Positions 20,098 to 28,626 of a stretch of DNA of 53,439 nt are shown here, one piece after another. The stretch covers positions 1 to 53,439 of the forward strand of contig JBGAGQ010000042.1 of the NCBI GenBank assembly GCA_044226625.1. Direction: 5' to 3'. The notes beneath the pieces were generated by a model, which saw only the letters and a list, made by a program, of their open reading frames with translations, was not told the origin of the DNA and did not search any database. The DNA comes from Thermoanaerobaculia bacterium. Its GTDB lineage: Bacteria > Acidobacteriota > Thermoanaerobaculia > Multivoradales > UBA5704. Position 1 is the first letter of the stretch, and every line of letters begins with the position of its first letter. Both the position numbers and the translations under genes were made by a program.

Positions 20098-20796
20098 TCA
20101 GAACCGGTAGGAAACCCCTGCCGAGACGTCACGACCGGAGAGGTCGATCTTGCCGAAATCCTTGAAGTCGTCCCCGAGCTCGTCGTCGACCTGATGCCAA
20201 CGCCCTTCCGCGAAGAAGCCCCAGTTGCGGCCGATCGGAACGTCGAAGCCCGCGAGCCAGAAATAGCCCGAGGCTTTCCCCTCGGCCACGGAGTCCGCAC
20301 GGAAGATGGTCGGCGGCGGCGGGTTGAAATCGATGAACCGTCCGTCCTCTTCGAGGCGGTACGAATACAGGCCGCCACCACCTCCCACGTAGGGACGGAA
20401 CGCCGCGTTCCGCCCGGTCAGGTGAAAGACCAGTCCGGCGGTGAGCGAAGCGATGTCGAGGGTGGCCCGGTGGGAGACCTCCCCGCCGCGCGGATCGACG
20501 AAATCGCGGTACGAGGCGTCAGTCCGGCCTTCGTAGGCGGAGCCAGAGAAGAGCAGGCCGAAATGGTCGTTCAACTCAAGCAGATAGTCCACGCCGCCGA
20601 TCGCGTCTTCCAGATCGGACGCCGAGCCCGTGAAATCACGCGCTTTCTCGTCCCAATACTGGGAATCGCCCTCCGGCCGGAACGAGCCGAGCCGAAAACG
20701 GATGGACTGGTCGATGGGGCCGCTCGGCTGCGCCTGAGCGGCAGCCGCCAGCGCGGAGCCGAGCAGCACGGCGGTCAAAGTCGTACGCTTCCACAT
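20098..20796 (-). CDS. Outer-membrane beta-barrel protein
   Basis: Start MWKRTTL (ATG 20796); signal peptide, RPYVGGGGGLY, C-terminal GVSYRF. Confidence 0.8.
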   Translation of the reverse strand: MWKRTTLTAVLLGSALAAAAQAQPSGPIDQSIRFRLGSFRPEGDSQYWDEKARDFTGSASDLEDAIGGVDYLLELNDHFGLLFSGSAYEGRTDASYRDFVDPRGGEVSHRATLDIASLTAGLVFHLTGRNAAFRPYVGGGGGLYSYRLEEDGRFIDFNPPPPTIFRADSVAEGKASGYFWLAGFDVPIGRNWGFFAEGRWHQVDDELGDDFKDFGKIDLSGRDVSAGVSYRF

Positions 20797-21055
20797 GGTT
20801 CGAACTCCTCCAACGCCCTGTCTCAATAAAGGGCGATCGATGTCCAGTCGATCGAAAGAGCAACGGCGATGCCATCGAGCGGGAGAGCCGAGAAAAGTCC
20901 TGTTTCTCCAAGCGTTTCGAGGAAATCCAAGGCGCTTCGAGAACATTCTTCGCCGCTGCGCGTAGAGCAAACGTATCCGCGAGAGGACGACCGCCCCGAG
21001 CCGCCGTCCTCTCGTCCTTGGCGGGTGAACGGCCGCCGCTTATACTGCGCCCCAA

Positions 21056-22246
21056 ATGTTCAAGGTTTTGGTTCTCGATGACGAGTCGATGGTGGTCGAC
21101 ATGCTCGCGCTCGCCCTGCGCGCGCCCGACGTGCACCTGACCACCTGCCTCGAAATCGAAGCCGCCGAGGCCTTGCTCGGGCAGACCCGCTTCGACGCGG
21201 TGGTGACCGATCTATCGGTCTCTCCGCTCGGCGGCCTGGAAGGCGTGCGCCTGATCCGTTTCGTCGCCACGCACTTCCCGGATACCTCGCTCTACGTCCT
21301 TTCAGGCTTCCTCGACGAAAGCGTCCGCTCGATCTGCCATCTCATGGGGGTCGCCGCGGTACTCGACAAGCCGGGGGGATTGGGCGAGCTGCGGCGCCTC
21401 CTGCTCGCCGAGCAAGCGCGCAAGACGGCCGCCGAGAGCTCAGGACCGAAGCCCGCGCCGCAGCCGCCGACCGTCGAAAAGGTGCCGCTCCTCGAGAGCT
21501 TCCTCTCCTCCGGCCCGCTCCACGCCTTGCTCCAGCCGGTCGTCCCGCTCGCGGACGGCGGACCGCCGTTCGAGGTATTCGGAGTCGAGGGGCTCGCCCG
21601 CGGGCCGGCGGGAGCGCTGCTCGGTATGCCGTCGCTGCTGTTCGCCTACGCGTCCAAGAAGGAGCTCGCGTTCGAGGTGGACCTTTTGTGCATCCGTGCG
21701 GCGCTCGCGGAATTCCAGCACCTCCCAGGGCCGCTCACGGCGTTTCTGAACGTCCAGCCGCGATCGCTCACCCACCCCGAGTTCACGCCGCGCCTCGTCG
21801 AGGCGCTCCGGACGGCCGAGGTCGACCATCGGAAGGTGATCCTCGAGCTCACCGAGCAGCACACGATCCTCAACCCGAGCGCTTTCGCGGCGACGCTCAC
21901 CAAGCTGCGTGACCTTGGACTGCGCATCGCGCTCGACGATTTCGGCGAAGGCTGGTCCAACCTGAACCTGTTCCTCGACCTGCGCCCCGAGTTCCTGAAG
22001 ATCTCCTCCGCCTTCTGCCGAGGCGTCGACGCCGATCCGTTCAAACAGGCCCTCGTCCGGTCGACCGCCGAGATGGCCGCGCGGACCGGCGCAAAGACCG
22101 TGATGGAAGCGGTCGAGACCCCCGCGGAAGCCGAAGAGATCCGCCGCCTCGGGATCGACTACGGCCAGGGTCATTTCTTCTCGCCGCCACGAACCGGACG
22201 CGAGATCGCGGCGGACGAAAGCTTGTACATTCCGCGCGCCGACTGA
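21056..22246 (+). CDS. Response regulator with EAL (c-di-GMP phosphodiesterase) output domain
   Basis: REC: VLVLDDE, VVTDLS, LSG, DKP; EAL: QPVV, EGLAR, FLNV, LELTE, DDFGEGWS, FLKI, EAVET, GQG. Confidence 0.9.
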   Translation: MFKVLVLDDESMVVDMLALALRAPDVHLTTCLEIEAAEALLGQTRFDAVVTDLSVSPLGGLEGVRLIRFVATHFPDTSLYVLSGFLDESVRSICHLMGVAAVLDKPGGLGELRRLLLAEQARKTAAESSGPKPAPQPPTVEKVPLLESFLSSGPLHALLQPVVPLADGGPPFEVFGVEGLARGPAGALLGMPSLLFAYASKKELAFEVDLLCIRAALAEFQHLPGPLTAFLNVQPRSLTHPEFTPRLVEALRTAEVDHRKVILELTEQHTILNPSAFAATLTKLRDLGLRIALDDFGEGWSNLNLFLDLRPEFLKISSAFCRGVDADPFKQALVRSTAEMAARTGAKTVMEAVETPAEAEEIRRLGIDYGQGHFFSPPRTGREIAADESLYIPRAD

Positions 22247-22398
22247 ATCTTTTACTTCCGCTCCTCCTCCGATCGTCCTCCGTGAGGTGACGCTCGGTCC
22301 GCCTCAAAAAGTCCGCAAAACCGCCGTTTTGAGAGATCGACCCGGGCTTCTCTCGCATGCCGATCGCTCCAAGACCGATGAAAATTTGCGCATAACGT

Positions 22399-22434
22399 CT
22401 ACAATTTGGCCGAAATTACTCGACCAAATTGTAG
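22399..22434. promoter_or_regulatory. 11-bp perfect inverted repeat, candidate regulator-binding site upstream of the peptide gene
   Basis: CTACAATTTGG-N14-CCAAATTGTAG in an AT-rich intergenic region. Confidence 0.55.
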
Positions 22435-22621
22435 GAACGTGTCACCGTTTTTTCGGTTCGCCACACTTGACACCGGTTACGGGTCGCTTGGTCGCGGTTT
22501 TTCCGTCTCCGCGGGGTGCTTTCTCACGAATTGCCTGAGCCTCGTGCTCAGCAGAGGACTTCCTCGCCCGAACCTCGAACCGAGCGCAACAACAACTTAC
22601 GATCTCTTGAAGGAGTAGTCG

Positions 22622-22807
22622 ATGTCGATTGAGAGCTTTCACCGTTCCCTCCAGAACGCTTGCGATTCGGACCCCTTTCTGGCTCGCCTTCGCGACATCA
22701 CGAAGATCGAAGAGCCTTCGCTGGCCCTGGCTTCCGGCGACGATCCGGATCTTTCGTGGCCCGTCTGGAACGGAAACTCCCTGTCGGCTACGCCCGCGAT
22801 TGCCTAG
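22622..22807 (+). CDS. Small Trp-containing peptide, candidate ComX-like/RiPP precursor
   Basis: 61 aa; AAGGAG RBS 6 nt before the ATG; GDDPDLSWPVWNG segment; followed by a terminator hairpin and a prenyltransferase gene. Confidence 0.7.
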   Translation: MSIESFHRSLQNACDSDPFLARLRDITKIEEPSLALASGDDPDLSWPVWNGNSLSATPAIA

Positions 22808-22811
22808 CCTG

Positions 22812-22851
22812 CTTCAGGGCTGAGCGTTCTCGTTCAGCCCTGAAGGTTTTT
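22812..22851 (+). terminator. Intrinsic terminator/attenuator between the precursor and prenyltransferase genes
   Basis: CTTCAGGGCTGA(GCG)-TTCT-(CGT)TCAGCCCTGAAG followed by GTTTTT, 5 nt after the peptide stop codon. Confidence 0.8.
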
Positions 22852-22896
22852 GCTCCGAACCTTCCTCAAGATAATTTTCAGTCTAGCCACCCTTAG

Positions 22897-23895
22897 GTGA
22901 TGTTGAATCCGCTGGCTCCCGATAGTGCTGTTCGAACAATTCCGAGATTTGAGCGTATCAAGCGCTTGATCACGGAACTTCCGGAAATAGGCCGTTGGCC
23001 GGACATGAAGGAGATTATCCGGAGTACGGCGCATCGAGAGGATCTCTCAGTTTGGGAGTACCCCGTCGTCGCATGCATCGCTTCAGGTGGAACCGAGGAA
23101 CAGGCTCTGCCATGTGCAGCAGCCATCTTCTGCGCCCTTAGCGCGATCCATCTCATCGACGATCTCCTCGACGAGGATCCCCAGGGCGCGTTTCGCAATC
23201 TCGGAGCGGGGCGTGCCGCTAATCTCGCCTCGGCCTTTCAGGCCGCCGCACATCGACTGATCGAGAGGGTCCCTCCCGGCTCGCGATCCTCGGATCTCCA
23301 GGCTCAACTTTCCCGCGCGTTCATCGCTACCGCCAGCGGTCAGGAGCTCGATACCGTCGAGGCGAAAACCGAAGCAGATTACTGGCAACGCGTCGAGGCG
23401 AAGACACCGCCCCTTTTTGCCGCGGCCTTCGCTCTTGGAGGCCTGATGGGTGGGGCCAGCGATGAAGCTGTTTCTGGCCTCGAGGTTCTGGGTCGCAACC
23501 TCGGCCGTTTCGTGCAAGTGAGCGACGATCTTGCCGATGCGCTCGACGTACCGGCGAGCGCCGATTGGAAGCGACCAAGAAACAACATCGCGCTTCTGTA
23601 CGCCATCACGGCAGCCCATCCGGACCGAGAAGAGTTTATTCGTCTTGCGAGGGAGGCCGAAACACCAGCTGCACTCGCAGTGGGCCAGAAGATCCTTTTC
23701 AAGTCGGGTGCCGTGAGTTACTGTGCGCTTCAAATGGATCACTTCTCCACCGAGTCTCGCCGCCAGGTGCAGGCTTTGTCGATCCGGTCACGCGCACCCT
23801 TACTCCGGATCGTGGACCGCCTGATCAAGCCCCTTGAGCACCTGCTGTCTTACCCATCAAGGGAGAGACTCGGAGGGGTTGCGGAGCTGAGGTGA
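22897..23895 (+). CDS. Class I isoprenoid-synthase-fold protein, ComQ-like peptide (Trp) prenyltransferase candidate
   Basis: FARM IDDLLDED, GQELD, KT, second motif SDDLAD; lacks GKxxRP and the post-FARM RRG of chain-elongating polyprenyl synthases; exact start (22897 or 22900) uncertain. Confidence 0.75.
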   Translation: MMLNPLAPDSAVRTIPRFERIKRLITELPEIGRWPDMKEIIRSTAHREDLSVWEYPVVACIASGGTEEQALPCAAAIFCALSAIHLIDDLLDEDPQGAFRNLGAGRAANLASAFQAAAHRLIERVPPGSRSSDLQAQLSRAFIATASGQELDTVEAKTEADYWQRVEAKTPPLFAAAFALGGLMGGASDEAVSGLEVLGRNLGRFVQVSDDLADALDVPASADWKRPRNNIALLYAITAAHPDREEFIRLAREAETPAALAVGQKILFKSGAVSYCALQMDHFSTESRRQVQALSIRSRAPLLRIVDRLIKPLEHLLSYPSRERLGGVAELR

Positions 23896-26800
23896 CTCAA
23901 AGGCCGCCCCGCCGAGCCGTAGACCTGACGTGGATCGCGGCGTCTCTTCTGGTCCTCGCCCCGACTCTGTATTACTCCTTCGCCGCTTTCTACCCTTCTC
24001 TCGAGGTTAGCCTCAGCTCCGACTGGAAAGTCATAGAAGCTCCGGAATGCCGGACGTCCGAGAACTGCCTGCGAATGGGAGAGCAGGTCGTCGCGGTAGG
24101 CGATATCGACCATGGCCGGTTCAAAGCGGATCGAAGTCTCGAGCTCTTCCAAGGGTTCTTGGCGAATGGAACAACTCTTTATACGGTGATCCGAGACGGA
24201 GAGAAAGTCAAAGTTCCCGGCCACTGGATCGAGGGGCCGAAGGCGTTGCTGGACCCTTCGTTCCCACAAGCCTTCCTGCCGCTCATCTTCTGGACCTTTG
24301 GCACCGCGATCGTCCTGTTTCTGAGACCCCGAGACGGACGGTGGCTCGCCTTCGTCCTGTTCGCCTACAACACGTCCATCCTCCTCTCCTCGGGCCTCGC
24401 ATCGGCTCGCCACGCCGCCGGCTCGGCGATCGTCTTTCACGTCGTGGTTTGGTTATTTCTCCCTTTGGCGACCCACATTCACACGTTTCTACCGAGCTCC
24501 CTTTTCGGCCGCTGGGGAGCGGCTGTGCTGGCTCCCCTCTACGCCGTTTCACTGCTCCTTGCCCTGCTCGACTCTCTTTACCTACTCGGTGGCTTTCCGA
24601 GCCTTTTCTGGATGTATTTCTTGGCGGGCCTGGCGCTTTCCTTTCTCTTCTTAGTCGTTCGGCTTCTTTTGCCGGCTCCACCCGCCGTGCGCCAAGCGAC
24701 GCGCATCATGCTGTTCGGCGTAACCTTCGGGTTCGCACCAATCGCCTCGGTTTTCGTCGTGCTCCCCCTGGTGGTGAGCCGATTGGGTGCAGCCGCTCCC
24801 GACTCCAAGACCTGGCTTCCCTGGGCGAGCGTTATTTTTCTGGTTGCGACACCGATCCCTCCCGCCACTTACATCTACGCGATCTACAAGCAGACCCTAG
24901 GAGCGTTGGAATTTCGCGCAAACCGGCTGATCGGCGCCTACAGCTTCTGGGCGCTTTATCTCACCGTGGCGATCGGTTTGCTTCTCTGGATCGGCTCCCA
25001 AGGCTATTCGGGCCGCCCCGGCACCCTCGCTGCCCTGCTCGCCACCTCAATCCTGTTGGTGATCCTGGCGCCCAGCCTGCACGACCGCTTCCGAACTCTG
25101 GTTGACCGGCATATTTTCGGCATTCGCCACACCCAAGAGGAGGTCGTTGGACTTGTGGCCGATCGAATTCCACGCGCCTTCGATCGCTCGGTTCTCGCCG
25201 CGACCCTGGTCAACGAGATCCTTCCGACCCTTCTAATCCGGCAGTCCGCACTCTATCTGTTCGAGGAGCGGGGCATTGAAGAGCTTTACTCCCAAGGGCT
25301 TCCCCCTCACGAGCAGCCTCTCGATCGTAGGGAAATTGAAGGCTTTCTCGCCCAGGGTCGCAAATACCTGCGCGAGCCGCAAGCCCGAGGCGCGGAACCT
25401 CGGAGCTGGGTCCGGCTGGCGCTCCCTCTCGAAGTGAAGGAGGAAAACCTCGGCGTCTGGCTGATGGGCCGGCGCGATCCAGACGACTACTACCCGGCGA
25501 GCGACATCCAGCTTTTGTCCACAGTTGCCAATCAGGTCGCCCCGATGCTCGAAAACATCCGCTTGTACGAGCAGGCCCAGGGAGAGATCGAGCGGCGTAG
25601 GGCGATCGAGCTGGAGATCCGCCAGAGCGAGCAGCGGTTTCGCGCCCTTTTCGAAGCGACGCTCGAAGGGATCGCGATCGTCCGCCACGGGACCGTTGTC
25701 GCGGTCAACAGCGCACTCACCGCGATCTTCAACGTGCCGGCTCTGGAGCTTCAGGGAGTGGCACTTTCGGAGCTGGTCGAGCTCGAAGGTCTACCCGAGG
25801 AGTCTCTCCTGAGCGAGCCCCTCGAGACGGTCGGTAGGCGCCGAGACGGATCGCTGGTGAACCTCGAAATCGCGGGCAAACGCATCTTGTTCCAAGGCGA
25901 AGAGGCGACCGTGGTCGCAATCCGCGACATCGAACGGCGCAAGCGTGACGAGGAGGAGAAGGACAGGCTGCAGCGCCAGCTCCTGCTCGCCGAGAAGATG
26001 GAGGCGATCGGCCGCCTCTCGGCCGGCGTCGCGCACGACTTCAACAACTGTCTACTCGCGATCTTCGGATACGGCGACCTACTCAAGGAGGTCTATCGCG
26101 ACGACGCCTTCCTTCAGGAGAACCTCAAGGGGCTACGCGAGGCGAGCGAAAAAGCGGCGGCTCTCACCCGCCAGCTTCTCGCGTTCTCCCGGCGCCAACC
26201 GGTCGAGCAGCGGGTGATCGACTTGAACGAGTCGATCTCCGGGCTGCTCCGCATGCTCCATCGCCTGCTCGGCAACGACGTCGAGGTCCGCACGGGCTTG
26301 CACCCCGACCTCCCCACCGTGCGCTTGGATCCGAACCGGCTGGAGCAGGTCCTCGTGAACCTGGCGGTCAACGCCCGGCACGCCATGCCGGACGGAGGCG
26401 TCCTTACCATCAGGACCGAGCCGGTCACCGTCGCCGACCAAGCGCCCGCCGAGCACGAGGTCCCGCCGGGAGTCTGGGCTCTGGTCGTCGTTTCGGACAC
26501 CGGCGTCGGCATGGACTCCGAAACCCTGGGACGGATTTTCGAGCCCTTCTTCAGCACACGCGGGGTCGGCGAGGGTACCGGTCTCGGTCTCGCGACCAGC
26601 TACGGCTTCGTCCAACAGAGTGGCGGCTACATCTTCGTCGACAGCGCGCCTGGGAAGGGGACGACGTTCAGCGTCTATCTGCCTGCCCATCTCGAGCGCG
26701 AGGTCGACCTCGGTCCGGCCCCCGAGGCCGGCGAAACCTCGGGCGACGAAACGATCCTCCTCGTCGAGGACGAGGGCAAGGTCCGCGAAGTCTTGCGCCG

Positions 26801-27116
26801 TATCCTCGAAGGGGGAGGGTATCGGGTCCTGGCCGCCCCGACCGGCGATGCGGCGATTGAGGTCGCGGCCGGCTACTCCGAAGCGATCGACCTGCTGCTC
26901 ACCGACCTCACGATGCCCGGTCTCAAAGGAACCGAGATCGCGGCCCAGCTGTCCGAGGAGCGTCAGGGGCTCCGTGTCCTCTATATGTCGGGTTATCGGA
27001 ACGAGGCCGTTCCGCTCAAGGGCGAGGGCCCCTTGTGCCTGCAGAAGCCGTTCTCAGCGACGGTCCTGCTGCGCGCCGTCCGCCGCGTGCTCGACGGTCC
27101 GCCTTCCGAGATCTGA
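23892..27116 (+). CDS. Multi-TM hybrid sensor histidine kinase (ComP-like sensor + GAF + PAS + HisKA + HATPase + REC)
   Basis: ~10 hydrophobic helices with an extracytoplasmic PDZ-like loop; AHDFNN H-box, NLAVNARHAM, DTGVGM, FEPFFST, GTGLGL; REC VEDE/TDLTMP/KP; GTGA overlap with the upstream gene. Confidence 0.9.
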   Translation: MTQRPPRRAVDLTWIAASLLVLAPTLYYSFAAFYPSLEVSLSSDWKVIEAPECRTSENCLRMGEQVVAVGDIDHGRFKADRSLELFQGFLANGTTLYTVIRDGEKVKVPGHWIEGPKALLDPSFPQAFLPLIFWTFGTAIVLFLRPRDGRWLAFVLFAYNTSILLSSGLASARHAAGSAIVFHVVVWLFLPLATHIHTFLPSSLFGRWGAAVLAPLYAVSLLLALLDSLYLLGGFPSLFWMYFLAGLALSFLFLVVRLLLPAPPAVRQATRIMLFGVTFGFAPIASVFVVLPLVVSRLGAAAPDSKTWLPWASVIFLVATPIPPATYIYAIYKQTLGALEFRANRLIGAYSFWALYLTVAIGLLLWIGSQGYSGRPGTLAALLATSILLVILAPSLHDRFRTLVDRHIFGIRHTQEEVVGLVADRIPRAFDRSVLAATLVNEILPTLLIRQSALYLFEERGIEELYSQGLPPHEQPLDRREIEGFLAQGRKYLREPQARGAEPRSWVRLALPLEVKEENLGVWLMGRRDPDDYYPASDIQLLSTVANQVAPMLENIRLYEQAQGEIERRRAIELEIRQSEQRFRALFEATLEGIAIVRHGTVVAVNSALTAIFNVPALELQGVALSELVELEGLPEESLLSEPLETVGRRRDGSLVNLEIAGKRILFQGEEATVVAIRDIERRKRDEEEKDRLQRQLLLAEKMEAIGRLSAGVAHDFNNCLLAIFGYGDLLKEVYRDDAFLQENLKGLREASEKAAALTRQLLAFSRRQPVEQRVIDLNESISGLLRMLHRLLGNDVEVRTGLHPDLPTVRLDPNRLEQVLVNLAVNARHAMPDGGVLTIRTEPVTVADQAPAEHEVPPGVWALVVVSDTGVGMDSETLGRIFEPFFSTRGVGEGTGLGLATSYGFVQQSGGYIFVDSAPGKGTTFSVYLPAHLEREVDLGPAPEAGETSGDETILLVEDEGKVREVLRRILEGGGYRVLAAPTGDAAIEVAAGYSEAIDLLLTDLTMPGLKGTEIAAQLSEERQGLRVLYMSGYRNEAVPLKGEGPLCLQKPFSATVLLRAVRRVLDGPPSEI

Positions 27117-27224
27117 TCCTCAATCCCTCCCGTCGCCACCCCTACGGGCAGGCGCGGAAGGTCACCCCACCTCCCCCTCCGAGGTGCTGAAACCGCCGCT
27201 CGAACGCGCTAAGGTTGCGCCCCG

Positions 27225-28616
27225 ATGGACGACCTCTGGCAGCCGATCCGGTTCGACCGCGCCCTGGTGGCGAAATACGACCGCCCCGGGCCGCGCTATA
27301 CGTCCTACCCGACCGCGCCGCATTTCCGCTCTGACTTCGGGCCCGCCGAGCACGCGGCCCTGCTCGCGCGAAGCGCCGAGATCGATCGGCCTCTGTCGCT
27401 CTACGTCCACATTCCCTTCTGCACGACGCGCTGTCTGTTCTGCGGCTGCAACGTCAAGATCGCGCGGGATCGGACCTGGGGCCGGCGCTACCTGCCGCTC
27501 CTCGAACGGGAGGCGGAGCTGTCGGCCGCAACGCTCGGCGCGGAACGGCGCCGGGTGGTCCAGGTGCACTGGGGAGGGGGCACGCCGACCTTCCTTCCGC
27601 CGGAAGACCTCCTCGATCTCATGGCGATCCTCCGCCGCCATTTCCGGTTCGACGAGGAGTGCGAGGTCGGGGTCGAGATCGATCCCCGCGAGTGCTCGCC
27701 CGCACATCTCGACGCGCTCGCCGCGGCGGGCGTGAACCGCCTGAGCTTCGGCCTCCAGGACCTCGATCCCGAGGTGCAAAGGGCCGTGCGACGGGAGCAG
27801 AGCGCGGCCGAGACCTGGGAGGTGATCGACGGGGCGCGGAGCCGCGGGATCGGCGAAAGCGTGAACGTCGACCTGATCTACGGTCTTCCGCATCAATCCG
27901 AGGAGAGCTTCGCCGAGACCGTCACCGAGGCGCTCCGGATGTCGCCCGACCGCCTGGCGCTGTTCAATTTCGCCTATCTGCCGCAGATGTTCCCCCATCA
28001 GCGGGCGATCGACCGCGGCGCGCTTCCGGACCCCGAAACCAAGCTGTCGCTGCTCGAACAGACGGTCTCGGCGTTCATCGCGGCGGGCTATGTGTTCATC
28101 GGCATGGACCATTTCGCCAAGCCCGACGACCCGCTCGCCCAGGCGCTTCGCGACCGGACCCTCACGCGTAACTTCCAGGGCTATTCGACCTTCGACGAGA
28201 CCGACATCGTGGCTCTCGGCGTGTCGTCGATCAGCCAGGTGGGCGACGGCTACGCCCAGAACGTGAAGAGTCTGGAGGAATACCGGCAGGCGATCGAAGC
28301 CGGGACTCTGGCCACCCAACGGGGCCTCGCGCTGAGCCGGGAAGATCTCCTGCGCCGCAGCGCGATCATGGGTCTGATGTGCCACTTCCGGCTCGACCGC
28401 CGCGCGTTCGCCGATCGGTGGGAGATCGACTTCGACCGCCATTTCGCGGCCGAGCTCGACCGGTTGGCACCTCTCGTCGACGACGGTTTGGTCGAGGTCG
28501 ACGAGGATCGGATCGAGGTCACCTCCATCGGGCGCCTGATGGTGCGGAACGTCGCGATGGCGTTCGACGCGTACCTCGAATCCGAGACGGCCGGCCGCTA
28601 CTCGCGCACGGTCTGA
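27225..28616 (+). CDS. hemN: Oxygen-independent coproporphyrinogen III oxidase (radical SAM)
   Basis: GPRYTSYPTA, YVHIPFCTTRCLFCGC, WGGGTPT, IGMDHFA, RNFQGYS. Confidence 0.96.
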   Translation: MDDLWQPIRFDRALVAKYDRPGPRYTSYPTAPHFRSDFGPAEHAALLARSAEIDRPLSLYVHIPFCTTRCLFCGCNVKIARDRTWGRRYLPLLEREAELSAATLGAERRRVVQVHWGGGTPTFLPPEDLLDLMAILRRHFRFDEECEVGVEIDPRECSPAHLDALAAAGVNRLSFGLQDLDPEVQRAVRREQSAAETWEVIDGARSRGIGESVNVDLIYGLPHQSEESFAETVTEALRMSPDRLALFNFAYLPQMFPHQRAIDRGALPDPETKLSLLEQTVSAFIAAGYVFIGMDHFAKPDDPLAQALRDRTLTRNFQGYSTFDETDIVALGVSSISQVGDGYAQNVKSLEEYRQAIEAGTLATQRGLALSREDLLRRSAIMGLMCHFRLDRRAFADRWEIDFDRHFAAELDRLAPLVDDGLVEVDEDRIEVTSIGRLMVRNVAMAFDAYLESETAGRYSRTV

Positions 28617-28626
28617 GCGACCGACG

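Noticed and set aside
22300-22400. ComA box (TTGCGG-N4-CCGCAA) upstream of the peptide gene
   Set aside because: Only an isolated CCGCAA half-site is present, and no ComA/NarL-type regulator is encoded in the window.
22467-22500. TTGACA as the -35 of the peptide promoter
   Set aside because: No acceptable -10 hexamer at 16-18 bp spacing.
22897-23895. Ordinary FPP/GGPP synthase for quinone, heme or carotenoid synthesis
   Set aside because: Lacks GKxxRP and RRG motifs and is translationally coupled to a sensor kinase rather than isoprenoid genes; disfavoured but not excluded without an assay.
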